A stretch of DNA of 64,000 nucleotides, from NCBI RefSeq assembly GCF_001194135.2, contig NC_068983.1, positions 78,489,043 to 78,553,042 of the forward strand, written 5' to 3'. Below, piece by piece: positions 49,628 through 62,844 of this stretch (position 1 is its first letter; each line of letters begins with the position of its first letter). The translations under genes and the position numbers were made by a program. A model generated the notes under the pieces. It was not told where the DNA came from and ran no database searches. It saw nothing but the letters and a program-made list of their open reading frames with translations. This DNA is from Octopus bimaculoides. Lineage: Eukaryota.

Positions 49628-51284
49628 CTAAACAAGAGCGATATAAACAGCTCCTTAAGCAATAGATTATAAACTGAAATGTTCAAATCCAATCACTGCC
49701 AATTGAGCAATAAACAAATAAATTTTAAAAAATAGATAAATAGAAATAGTTGTCATCTTGCATGCAGTGTTAAATTTATCTTCCATCTTGATTTGTGGTA
49801 ATAGAGACTACCCAATCTTGGATTGAAAATGACTGGTGCCTACTTCTATTTTACTTTAGTAATCTAAGAAAGATGTTTTAGCCTGCAGCAAGTCTTGTAC
49901 ACCATCATCATTTTCAGTAATTTTCATACCATGTTTGTCTTCCGTTTTCTTTTAACCTTTTTAACTGTCTTTTTCTTTATCTTTTTTATTTTTCTTTATT
50001 TCTTTATTTGCTTATTTGTTTATATATATATATATATATAGATAGATAGATATACTTAAATATATTTTTGCGTAAAAATCAATTTTAACAAAAGTATCTC
50101 TGTGTAGTACGGGAGTCATTTAGGCATTAATTCCAATCTCTGCAAGCACAGACATAAATATTCCACTATATCATATCATTAATCATCCTGATGTCACTAC
50201 TGTCTCCTGGGTTTGTTACTATGACCAAGACTTTCTCTTTTTAGTATCAACAAAGCACCAGATTGGGAAGTGTTATTTATTAAGAGATGTTATTAAGCCA
50301 CCAAACCTTTCACTTGATGGCTACAATGCTTATGACAGCATTTTGTTTATCTTGCTTTCCTTGTTGTCTTCCTTGTTCCTATAGTTCTTTAACACTTGCT
50401 TTGTATTGTATCACAGACCATCATGTCTCTCTATCACTTTGATAGATAAATTGTGGTTATTGATGTTGTTGTTTAGACCTAGGTCAATCAACTCTGATTG
50501 AGCAAACTTACAGTCAAAAGCATTCCAACCATGACTACCAAGTCTTATTGGAGACAAGTATGACTATTTTGTCCAATGTGGCTATTCCTTTTTCAAGATG
50601 GCAGCTTTGATTTGCATGAGATTTGGTTGCTATTTTTAGCAGATTGTGTGATAATATAGAGGCACATTCATTGTTGTCTTTCTTTTTCTACCTCCATGTC
50701 TGTCCTACCCAAGTAGGCCTATGATCAAATATTCCATTCATAATCATAATCTTATTCTTTTGTGCAAGGAACTCAAGACCATGTTATCTTATGTCCTTTC
50801 CACAAAATTTTAGGGTGTAATTTGAGGGAAGTTTGACTGCTCTTTTTAGCCAATTGAATGACCATATACAGGCTCCCTTGATTCATCTGGTAGATAAAAC
50901 ATCATTTTCATCATCTTTAAAGTCCATCTTCCATGTAGGCATGGGTTGGAAACCTAGAACGCATTAATGTTTCTAATTAAGAGTCTGTTATACTTTACTT
51001 TTTATTTGTTTTAGTCATTAGATTGCACCCATGCTGGAGCACTGCCTTGAGGAAATTTAATCAAACAAATTGATCTCATTTATGTTTTGTAAGCCTGGTA
51101 TTTATTCTTTTGGTCTCTTTTGCTGAACAAGGAGGTAAACACATCATCACTAGTTGGAAAGTGATGGGGGGGAAACAGATAGAGACACAAAGACAGACAG
51201 ACAGATACACACACACACACACACACAAACATACACACACATAATACATGCATACATTTGTATATAGAACCTCCACAGAGAATT

Positions 51285-51773
<489 letters not shown>

Positions 51774-52649
51774 TCTATATATACATATATACATATATCT
51801 ATATAAATACTTAATCAAATGAATAATAACATACCATGGGTAAGTGTCAGCTCATTACAGCTGTTTCTTACATAACTTTTAATAGAAGAATGAGAACACC
51901 AGATGAGAAATATATATATGTGTATTAGCCAGCTTGGCAGCCAGTAGGGTGGCTCATTCAAAAGTTAAAACAATGCAAAGGTCATTATCATCTATGATGT
52001 ATAACAACATCCAATAGTTTGGTCAATGCCATGATATATATATATATATATATATATACATTCCGTAAGAGCTGAAATTAGCCTCATTAAGGGATAGTAT
52101 TATCCAATGAATTACTGGTTCAACACATAATATTTGTTGTGAATAATAATATTCATAAAACAATAGGTTTATATATAAACCATTGTTTATAATCATTCAA
52201 AAGAAAATAAGAAAATGGAGATATAGCATTTGATAGAAATTTATTATCTGCAAAAATCAAACATAGTCTCTTACAGCTGTTTCAACTAAGCCTAAAAAGA
52301 TTAAATAGCAATTATTAAAATCATATTATGCAAAATTTCTTCAGAAGGGTAGAAAAAAGATATACCATTAGGTTTTTATGTGTCGCATTTTAGAATCATA
52401 ACAGCAGACTGAATATTATTTTAAAGCTAATATTTTATTTGCCTAGGTTAGGGGGTTATAGGTTGTTTTAGTGGATAATAGATATGTGAATATAATTAGG
52501 GTAATAATGGGCGAATAAATAGAGACTGGATAGTAAGTTACAGTGAAGAAGAGTATTATATGGATGAGGAGATAAAATAAATACATAGTAAGTTGTTTAT
52601 GAAATTGAGAGAAACTTATATAAAAATAATACATTCATCTTTTAATTAG

Positions 52650-52709
<60 letters not shown>

Positions 52710-53094
52710 NNNNNNNNNNNNNNNNNNNNNNNNNNNNNNNNNNNNNNNNNNNNNNNNNNNNNNNNNNNNNNNNNNNNNNNNNNNNNNNNNNNNNNNNNNN
52801 NNNNNNNNNNNNNNNNNNNNNNNNNNNNNNNNNNNNNNNNNNNNNNNNNNNNNNNNNNNNNNNNNNNNNNNNNNNNNNNNNNNNNNNNNNNNNNNNNNNN
52901 NNNNNNNNNNNNNNNNNNNNNNNNNNNNNNNNNNNNNNNNNNNNNNNNNNNNNNNNNNNNNNNNNNNNNNNNNNNNNNNNNNNNNNNNNNNNNNNNNNNN
53001 NNNNNNNNNNNNNNNNNNNNNNNNNNNNNNNNNNNNNNNNNNNNNNNNNNNNNNNNNNNNNNNNNNNNNNNNNNNNNNNNNNNNNNNNNNNNNN
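52710..53094. other. Assembly gap flanked by (TA)n
   Basis: N run. Confidence 1.
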
Positions 53095-53384
53095 ACATGC
53101 AAAGAAATACATATAGAGACCCACACATATATATGTATATACGCATATATATTTATATATACACACATATACATTCACACACACATACGTGTCAACACTT
53201 ATACATAGCATACATATTGTCAGTACAAAGCGTGTATACCCTTACATATATGCATATATACATGTATATACAGATATGCAAATAAGTGCATAAATACGAA
53301 TGATATATACACACACTCAAAATATTATACACTCACCCCTAAAAAATAATATTGGCATGGACCACATATGTGATTATTTTCTAT

Positions 53385-53417
<33 letters not shown>

Positions 53418-53709
53418 GGTTATGAGAGGTAATGGTTTCAAGAAGACCCAAGGGTGTCAGGTGATGCTGAGTAAGTGCTATGGACAGACTATAGCTAAGC
53501 TCCAGGTTTGGTGATTATGTGAATGAGGAGTCCAACGTAGGTCATATATTAGCATGCATATATATAAAAAATTAACAGAATGAGATAAAAATCCAAGGCT
53601 GTGAAAGATTTCAGAACATTTATAAAGAGAAGGTCGTACAGCTGTTTCCAGGATATTTTATATACCCCTTCATTGGAAACAGTGTGAGAAAATGNNNNNN
53701 NNNNATATA

Positions 53710-54270
53710 TATCTGTAAAAATATGTGACACTTATTCAGTAGCCAGAGTGGGAGCCCACGCCAACATCTCTTCAGTTATCCAGTCAATTGAAAATTCCTG
53801 TGAAAAATGACCGTTAAAAACAAAGGGAAATTACTGTGTAGTGACAAAATGCATCTAAAACTGCGTATATTATCGCATGCACGCATATATCCATATACAC
53901 ACGCACATATCTCTATATACGCATGCATATATATACATACACACGCATCCACGTGCACACTCACAAGCGCGCACATATAAAGATCCTTGTACGTGTCTAT
54001 AAGCGTACAGGAAAAATGTTTGGAGGGGAAAAAACAGAAAACTATATGTGGAAAAATACAAAAACATTAACCCTATAATTATGTAAAAAACATAAAAATA
54101 TTTTAAAAATATAAAAATATAAAATCCAGGTAAAAACAGGTGAAAAGCTTATACATAGACACAATATAGAAGCCTATCAGCACAGTCCCATCAGCAGGTC
54201 CTATCAGTACAAATATTAAAAAATATATATATCATGGCTACTGAATAAGTGTCACATATTTTTACAGATA
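53710..54270. repeat. Perfect 36-bp inverted repeat (53710-53745 / 54235-54270)
   Basis: TATCTGTAAAAATATGTGACACTTATTCAGTAGCCA and its exact reverse complement. Confidence 0.92.
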
Positions 54271-54351
54271 AATTCCTCTATTTGCATAATATCGAGGTCT
54301 CTTTCTTTCTTTTGTTGTCCTTCCTGTCAAATATATATATATATATATGGG

Positions 54352-54944
54352 NNNNNNNNNNNNNNNNNNNNNNNNNNNNNNNNNNNNNNNNNNNNNNNNN
54401 NNNNNNNNNNNNNNNNNNNNNNNNNNNNNNNNNNNNNNNNNNNNNNNNNNNNNNNNNNNNNNNNNNNNNNNNNNNNNNNNNNNNNNNNNNNNNNNNNNNN
54501 NNNNNNNNNNNNNNNNNNNNNNNNNNNNNNNNNNNNNNNNNNNNNNNNNNNNNNNNNNNNNNNNNNNNNNNNNNNNNNNNNNNNNNNNNNNNNNNNNNNN
54601 NNNNNNNNNNNNNNNNNNNNNNNNNNNNNNNNNNNNNNNNNNNNNNNNNNNNNNNNNNNNNNNNNNNNNNNNNNNNNNNNNNNNNNNNNNNNNNNNNNNN
54701 NNNNNNNNNNNNNNNNNNNNNNNNNNNNNNNNNNNNNNNNNNNNNNNNNNNNNNNNNNNNNNNNNNNNNNNNNNNNNNNNNNNNNNNNNNNNNNNNNNNN
54801 NNNNNNNNNNNNNNNNNNNNNNNNNNNNNNNNNNNNNNNNNNNNNNNNNNNNNNNNNNNNNNNNNNNNNNNNNNNNNNNNNNNNNNNNNNNNNNNNNNNN
54901 NNNNNNNNNNNNNNNNNNNNNNNNNNNNNNNNNNNNNNNNNNNN
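54352..54944. other. Assembly gap
   Basis: N run. Confidence 1.
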
Positions 54945-54979
<35 letters not shown>

Positions 54980-54995
<16 letters not shown>

Positions 54996-55287
54996 GCGAC
55001 AGGCTTCTTTCAGTTTTTGTCAGCCAAATCGACTGACAAGGCTTCAGTAGACCTGAGGCTATAGTAGGAGGTACTCGCCCAAGGTACCAAACAGTGGGAC
55101 TGAATCCAGAACCATGTGGTTAGGAAGCAAGCTTCTTACCATACAGCCACTCCTGTGCCTATAGTCTTTTTTTAAACCTGGTATTTTTTCTATTGCTCTC
55201 TTTTGCTGACCAGGAATGTAAACACACCATCACTGGTTGTAAAGTGGTAGAGTGAAGCAAGTAGAGACACCTAAGACAGACAGACAG

Positions 55288-55360
<73 letters not shown>

Positions 55361-55520
55361 TGGCAGGTTTATTTCAGTTACCCTCAACCAAGTCCACTCA
55401 CAAGGCCTTTGGTCAGCTTGGGGCTATAGTAAAAGATACTAATCCAAAGTGCCATGCAGAGGGACTGAACCTAGAACCATATGGCTGGAAATCTTCATGC
55501 CATGCAGCCACATCTGCACC
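54980..55520 (-). mobile_element. Two tandem SINE family A copies
   Basis: Reverse head/body motifs at ~54990-55160 and ~55170-55520. Confidence 0.8.
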
Positions 55521-55623
55521 ATCTCTATTATATAGAGATTCTCCATATCTTAAGGTCATCATCCCTATAGTAATATAGAATTTTCATGCACATCATCATT
55601 ATGGCACAAGGCCTGATGGTTAA

Positions 55624-57960
55624 CCCTTGGTCTACCAGAGAAAATCTATGTCACTAATGGACCCAATATTTTTCTTTTAATCAAATTTCATTCAGACTAC
55701 CACTATTTCTTATATTCTATTAGGTGAATAAAGATTTACTGTTTCTCACAAATTTTAATACAAAAATACAGCTTACAGAATATATTTTGAATTTTAAGAA
55801 TTACAAAAATACAGAATTACAGCTCTTTATGGCAGTGAATGCAGACAACATTGGAATGTTCTTGACAAACAAGATCGTCTTCTTTTCTTGTTTGGTTGAG
55901 AAATGTTAGCAGAACTAGATTGTTTGTCAAGTTCTTGTTTAGCTTTAACTCCAGCAAGTTCCTTTCCTAACTGAATTAGGCACTGTCTTCTTTTATCCTT
56001 GAAATTTTGCAAGTGAAGCTGTTTAGCAACAATGAAACATTCACTGCACTTATGTCAATCATGTTGTAGAATATAACCATAGGCCATCTTCGAGTCACTC
56101 TTTTGCAAGTGCATGTTCTTACCATCTTATCTTGGATATCTACTCTTCCTTTTGTTTTGTTGTAACATGTAATAACTTCAGGTTTCTTTTCAGCACTTTT
56201 TGAATCAATTGAAGGCTGAGAGTGCATTGTACTCATAAGTGTAACTACAGAATCTTTTTGGGGGCAATGAGATAGAATCATAGAATCCTTTTGAAATCCA
56301 AATATTGTGCTGTTGATTTCTCTTTCTTTTCCATTTGTGAAAGCACTTGGAAGTTCAACTCTGTTCTTTCTAATTGTTCCAACTAAAGTAGTTTTCTTGC
56401 TAAGCAGCTTTTTAACCAACCCTACACTTGTAAAACAATTATCACAAGTTATATTGCGACCAGTATTTTCAAGTTCTTTTACTAGGTCTTCAACAAATCT
56501 TGAACCTTGATTTGTCTCTCTCTTTTTTACTAGGTTTTTTCCAGTGTAGATTTGCATTTTCCAGGCATAAGATGTTTCCCTGTCACATATTGCCTAAATT
56601 ATAATTCCATATTTCCCTGGTTTTGAAGGAATATATACCTGGAATGGGCAGCACCCTCTGAATGAAACTAACTGTTCATCAACTGTCATGCAGGAACTTG
56701 GAACATATCCGTCTTTCAAATTCTGATTCCACATTTCAAATACTTCTCTTATGGGCTCCAATTTATCATCACTTCTCTTTTTTCTTATTGTACTAGCATC
56801 ATCAAAATGCAGTACTTGTAAAATCTGCTGAAATCTTCCCCAGCTCATAATTTTGTTGAATATTGGGCGGCCATCTTCTTGACTCCATAACTGTGTGACA
56901 TTTTCATGATCAGATTTATAAACACCTATAAGAATAATCAGTCCAATAAATTTCTTTACTTCAAAGTGATTAATTTCCTTCCATTTGTCTTTGTAAACAA
57001 CCTGACCTTCAAGAATTACTTGAAGAAGATTCTGGCACATAAAGATAGTAAAACATGTTTCAATGCTATCACAAGACCTTTTAGTAAAACGGGATGGTCC
57101 ACATTTTTGGTGCGCAATATTGCAAGATGAAGTTCTTACTGCTGCTCAAGTAAGAGAATTAGAATGCAAAACGTCTTGTCTGTTTCTAGAAACATTGCTC
57201 ATTCATAACTGGGTGGCTTGCAGATAATTGTTTTTGAGTATCTTCATCATCTGATGACATAGAACCTAAACTGTCCAGCACACAATCACTTTCACCATCA
57301 TCTTCAGAGCAATAGAAGGAATCATACTATCGTCTTCCCATTCTTCTAATTCCAATAACCTCTTTGATATTTGGTCTTCCCTCAAGTTTTCACGTCTAGG
57401 CATATTGGGAAACACAATTGAACTATATGAAACTTGATAGCAGACTAAAGGCAGATATTGCTTTCTCACTTATTTATGCTCTCCTGAAAGATGATACAAT
57501 ATATTGTAAGAATTGTGTCATCACATAGAAATATTACACCATCCTATATCTTTGCAGATTGAAGGTGATGTAATACCACACAAATTTGCAGGAATATTTT
57601 CATGAGTTTTCCTATTTTATCTAAAATTCAGCAAATAAATTGAATAGAATTTTATCTATTTTTTTATCTGATAAATATCTAGGAAAATAATATTTGATAC
57701 TGATTTTATTCTGTTTAGAATGACAAGAGTATTGTTGGAATTTAATTCGAGGGTCTAATGGACCCAAACAGTAATTAATGTATAAAGTAAAATTTTATAG
57801 CTTTTATAAACATACGGAAAATTTCCCATTTGACAAATTAAAGAGAGTCAAGAAAAAATAAGAGTCACAAGAAATCAACAGAATGAAATAATATAAACAG
57901 TAGGAAAAAGCAACTGAAAGAAGTGAACGGGGTCCATTGGATCCTTTGGTAGACAGAAGG
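55624..57960 (-). mobile_element. piggyBac DNA transposon, near full length (~2.34 kb)
   Basis: TTAA|CCCTTGGTCTACCA on the left; TGGTAGACAGAAGG|CTAA on the right (degenerate TSD); subterminal AATGGACCC motifs at ~55657, ~57750 and ~57930. Confidence 0.88.
55827..57403 (-). pseudogene. piggyBac (PGBD4-like) transposase, disrupted by several frameshifts/stops
   Basis: MPRRENL.. acidic N-terminus; FIGLIILIG, MSWGRFQQIL, MTVDEQLVSFRG.CPF.VYIPSKPGKYGI, ITCDNCFTS, YNKTKGRVD, RRWPMVIFYNMIDIS; all three catalytic Asp motifs are visible. Confidence 0.92.
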
Positions 57961-58289
57961 CTAATGTGCTGAGTTCCTAACTCTAAAGTATTGGATTCAA
58001 TGTTTCTATTAAGTGGTACATTGTCTTCTTGTGCAAGGTACTTCCTTTCCCACTATTTCTGTCTATTCAACTGAAAATTAGAACACACCAAGAGTTGTTA
58101 CAGCCCTCATTCACTCCAACTGCAACAACTTCAATGTACTGCTTGATCAAAGTGTAGGAAGGATGAAAGTGTATCTATATCTGTTTATAGTTACAATGGT
58201 ACATAAAACATTTTGTAAAAGGAAGGTATATGCTACCAGGTCATACTCATTTGCAAATGATGGTCACAGTTTATGGTTTACAGTGCAGA

Positions 58290-58750
58290 TAGGATTATGC
58301 AGTTAATAGTATGCTTTGCAACTGTATGGTTTTCAGTTCTGCATCATTGCATGACATGGCACACTAGGCAAGTATTGTCTACTATAACACCCTGCTAACC
58401 AAAGCCTTGCAAGTGGGTTTATTAGATGGAAACTGAAAGAAGCCTCTGTGTATGTGTGTGTGTGCGTTTGTGTGTGTATGTTTATGTGTGTGTGCATCTT
58501 GTTCTCCTGATGCTGTATGGGAGTTGTAAGTGAGCTTCACCATCATGTAAGTGAGCTTCTGCATCATGTAAGCAATGACATTCATTTTTGGTCTTTCTTG
58601 AAAACTTGTCTAACTATTGGGAAAATATTACCTTGCTTGGAATCACATGAGGGTTAGCAACAGGAAGTGTATCCAATCAGAGAAAATCTGCCTCTGTGAA
58701 TTCCATTTGACCCATATAAGTATGGAAAGGTGGATGGTAAAACGATTATG
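58290..58750 (+). mobile_element. SINE with a family A head/body and a (GAT)n-type 3' module
   Basis: GGCAAGT.TTGTCTACTATA..AAAGCCTTG..GATGGAAACTGAAAGAAGCC, then ..AGGAAG.G.ATCC..AGAAAATCTGCCTC..GGAAAGGTGGATG.TAAAACGA. Confidence 0.65.
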
Positions 58751-59199
58751 ATTAAGGATAAAGAACACCCAATAATGCTATTACTAATATTCCATCAACA
58801 GCAGCATCAACAAATGATTTAAAAAGAAAGGAAGAAGCTTCGCCCTTCTTCCTTTTGAGGTCAATAAATAAAGTACCAGCCTGGTACAGTGGAGTGGTAA
58901 AGCTGTCAGAGAATCAACCAGGTTGCCTTGTAGTATCTGATTTGGCTTTTTGCATTCTAAATTCAGCTTCTTCCCCATATCACTGGCCTCCTTGTAGTGG
59001 GAAATTGATCATTCAGGATCCTAATAACAACAGGTCTTCAGTCTCAGATAGCACAATGTGCCAACTGGAATGACATCTCAGCTATATCTGTCGAATGAAT
59101 TGCACCCTGCACAAAGTGCTGTTAACACAAGGACAGGAAAAAAATTGAAGTTAAAAGGTATAAGTCTGTCCACATAGATCATCCCAGACAAATGAAACT

Positions 59200-59415
59200 G
59201 ATGGCCTTTTCTACTCTAGACACAAGAGCTGAAATTTTGGAGAGGGGGCCAGTTGATCAGGTCGACCCAGTATGCAACTGGTACTTAATTTATCGACCCC
59301 AGAAGGATGAAAGGAAAAGTCGACCTCGGTGGAATTTGAACTCAGAACAAGATTGACGAAATACCGCTAAGCATTTCACCCAGCATGCTAACGTTTCTGC
59401 CAGCTTGCCACCTTG
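59200..59415 (-). mobile_element. SINE family B, young copy
   Basis: AAGGATGAAAGGAAAAGTCGACCTCGGTGGAATTTGAACTCAGAAC..TTCTGCCAGCTTGCCACC. Confidence 0.9.
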
Positions 59416-60304
59416 AAACTGATACTGCTAACATTCTGTTTGAACATATGTATGTTTGTGCCTGTAAGAAAAACATAGGAGGAGAGGTAATTCAAAAGGA
59501 GCTACTGTTTTGTGGACAATCTATGGGGAAAGAAGTTTTGAATGCTGCATCAGGGAGGTATGAATATGAGTAACAATAAGAGTAACTAGAGGATAAGGGA
59601 CTGGTGTGACAATAATCTCTAGATGGTGTATATGTGGATATGTAGTTCATGCACACACAGAGACACACAAACACATGTGCACACGCACACACACACACAT
59701 ATACATACATGCATACAAACAGACAGACAGACAGGATGAGAAGACCTTTAGGCAGCAATAGACAAGGCAAAGAGTAGAACAGAGAAACAGTGCAGGTTTA
59801 AATCATAGAGATTTAAACAGGCATGTGTTGGCCCTTAATCTTCATTATTTGTGCATTAATTACAACATTACTATCCTATGGATTATTCCTGTGTAGGGGT
59901 CTGTAAAGAACTAGCAGCCATTCAAGATTACATAATTTCTTGTCTTGAAAAGTATTTCTAGTTTCTTTTTAGATACAGTTTTGGCATTGGTACATATTTG
60001 GTGTTACTATCAGTAATCAAAGATTTAAGGCCTTGCATAGTGGTTCTCATAATGGGGATGGGGTGCTGAGTGGATTGAAAAGGCTGGGGACAGACAAATT
60101 GGCACACTTGATAAAATTATGAAGGTTTTAAACTTCTAAAAATTATTCGACATTATGGCAAAGGGAAAATGAATTATATGGATGTAAAATTTGATGAGGA
60201 CCACCCAAAGTAGCAGCATGCCATCATTGAGGGGACAGACTTGATGGAAAAATAACATGTCAAGAGGCGTAGATCAAATGTCAAAGATGCAAAGAGTGAC
60301 TCAC

Positions 60305-60487
60305 CCTTCCTCGTCCCCCACTGACTCTCCCCTGACTCTTTTGTACCATCCTTGGCCTGGACAGCCAACTGACACACCAGCACCTTTCACATGCATCAAG
60401 AGGAAGGAGCTCAATCACTAGCTTCAGATCTATAACTCGAATACGAGTTAATTCCACTGCTGATGAAGCTTTGACAAGATTTAAATG
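60305..60487 (-). CDS. Candidate exon (HLNLVKASSAVELTRIRVIDLKLVIELLPLDACERCWC...GRGR, 61 codons)
   Basis: Acceptor TTTTAATTATCTCATCAG, donor AGG|GTGAGT, 183 nt open, phase 0-0. The opposite strand is also largely open, so this is ambiguous. Confidence 0.35.
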
Positions 60488-61568
60488 CTGATGAGATAAT
60501 TAAAAGCTTAAAACTTCTGCTATTTATTAAGCTATTAGATATATATTTTCATAGACAGATTGAAGGCCTAAGTTTTGTAGAAAATGGATTTTTATACATT
60601 TACATAGATAGTATCAGTAAAATACAAGATTTTTGGAATCAAAACACTTTCATGTACTTAAAGTGCCTTGAGCTTAAATCTTCCCCACAAGCTAACTCCT
60701 CCCAATATATCATTAAATACTAAGATAACTACAGATACAAAACTATAAGCTCATTATAACCAACTTTACTATCGGAATGATTTATCTAAAATGGAAAGCA
60801 GCTCATACAATAGGATAGAACCTAAGCTATATATTCACTTCCCCCACTTATCTTTCACCAACTCAATTTACATTTCAGCACATACAGAATAGATAGTATA
60901 GAAAGCAAAATGATATGAAAATATAGAACACTCATACAACTTTACAAACAACAGCAGACAAAGCAACATATCAGATTCCTCTTTGAGTCCTCAATCTTTC
61001 CACTAAAAATCAGAAAGTACACTCAACATAAAATAGTATGCTTTTCATCTTTACAAGCAGATAATGTTTTCATATTTCGAGGCAACAAAACTCAAAATGA
61101 AAAACCACCTAAACATGCAACAGGCCACAGTTCATTGTTGCATAAACCCCTAACCCACACAGCTCCTACATCCTAAGAACAGTGTCCCCAGTTCAAATTG
61201 ACTTTGGTACAAAACCAACATAACAAGCACAAACACACAAAAATAACAGTAACAATGTGCTGGGAGATAAACTTTTACGCAGCATGTAAGACAAAGCAGT
61301 CAAATCTCTCTCAACTTCCCTAAAAATGGAAAGAAAGCATTAAATAATGTGATTCAAGACACATTATTATCTGAATGAGACTTGATGTTCATAGAATGTC
61401 TTAGATCATAGATTTTCCCAATCAAAGCTCATCTTAAAAGTAATGACTTTACAAAACTGCAATTACCATCATTGACTGTAGCTTGCCCATCTCCTCAGTG
61501 TCCACCACCAGTATTTGCAAACATAGAAAAAGACTCTGAATATTGGAGAAAATGCAAAATGCTCTCAC

Positions 61569-61643
61569 CACCATAATAGTTACTATATGATACCCCTCTG
61601 TATCTCGGAGTGTGAACTGGATGTATGGATCACACCTAGTTGT
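61569..61643 (-). CDS. Candidate exon (TTRCDPYIQFTLRDTEGYHIVTIMV)
   Basis: Acceptor TTTCTAAACTGTTCAG, donor GTG|GTGAGA, single open frame, 75 nt, phase 0-0. Confidence 0.3.
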
Positions 61644-61959
61644 CTGAACAGTTTAGAAATATGTCCACTTGATATACTGAAGCTACACTGCTACAGAAAC
61701 AACATTGAATTGTACAGGTATTCACGCACTCACCTAATGGAAGCTTTGTGATTTTGAAAATTTTGCCATAATGTTGTTTTGATTTTTTTTTTTCATGTGA
61801 AATTTGTTTTCCTGTTAGCTTCCATCTTATTATATCATGTTAAAAAGATTTCAACCTATTTTTATGCAAAGATAAGTCTTATGTAATGGAATTTCACATT
61901 GTGGCAAGGTTTTTCCCAACACAAGGGATGTTTATTTAGTATAATAAACGTATCAACAC

Positions 61960-62125
61960 AGAAGTGACTGTGTGGTAAGTAGCTTGCTTACCAACTACAT
62001 GGTTTTGGGTTCAGTCACACTGTGTGACACCTTGGGCAAGTGTCTTCTACTATAGCCTCAAGTCGACCAAAGCCTTGTGAGTGGATTTGGTAGATGGAAA
62101 CTGAAAGAAGCCTGTCGTATATATA
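61960..62125 (+). mobile_element. SINE family A 5' half
   Basis: GACTGTGTGGTAAGTAGCTTGCTTACC..CACCTTGGGCAAGTGTCTTCTACTATAGCC..GAAAGAAGCCTGTCGTATATA. Confidence 0.9.
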
Positions 62126-62279
62126 TATTGGAAGGTTTGGAGGTGATGTACAGGAATTATATATTAGACAAAATAATAAGGTACTCAGATATCTGGATGG
62201 TTGTACATTTACAGATTTTTATTAATATGTCACATGTTTTATAAATATTAGCACTTGCACCTATGCTTTTGATCGTCCA

Positions 62280-62844
62280 TGAGCAAGCAAGGTACAAATT
62301 TTGCTGCAGCTCTTTGCATTTGCAATTCCTCACTCAAAATTCGTTGGCAGGAGTTCCAGGACACACCAGTTATATCAACAAGTTCGTCAATTGTTTGGTA
62401 GCAGTTCTCCAAGATCAGATCAGTTCATGAATTTTCCATGATGTTTTCATGCATTTGGGAGGTCGACAGCTCTCCTGAATGAGGTTGGTCTTCAAACAAC
62501 AAGTGACCATTCCTAAAGTGTGCAAACCACTCATAAACTTGTGTTTTGATCATGGCAGCATCCTTGTAAGCTGTTTGAAGCATGACAACTATTTCAGCCA
62601 CCATTTTCTCCAACAGAAAACAAAATTTCGTGGAAGCACACTGTTCCTTCATTTCAGCCATCACAAAAATCAATGAACTGGGAGAAGCACTGCAAAGCAA
62701 AGATACACCACATGGCAGTTTGACTTCACTTGACGACACCAGTCAGCAGACTCGTGCATGAGGGTTGAATCAAGTAGCTTCTAACAGTGGCAACCTGAAC
62801 TACACAGAGAACATTTCCAGTTACTTTTGAGTACCCCCATCGTA
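62280..62844 (-). mobile_element. Mariner transposon 5' half (one TIR plus N-terminal transposase)
   Basis: TIR TACGATGGGGGTACTCAAAAGTAACTGGAA; MAEMKEQ.A..KFCFLL.K..AE...MLQTAY..AAM.KTQVYEWF..F.NG....EDQPHSG. Confidence 0.88.

Noticed and set aside
53710-53790. Minus-strand CTGAAGA..GAATAAGTGTC as a hammerhead
   Set aside because: The second box is GAAT in both arms of the inverted repeat, and stem III cannot form.
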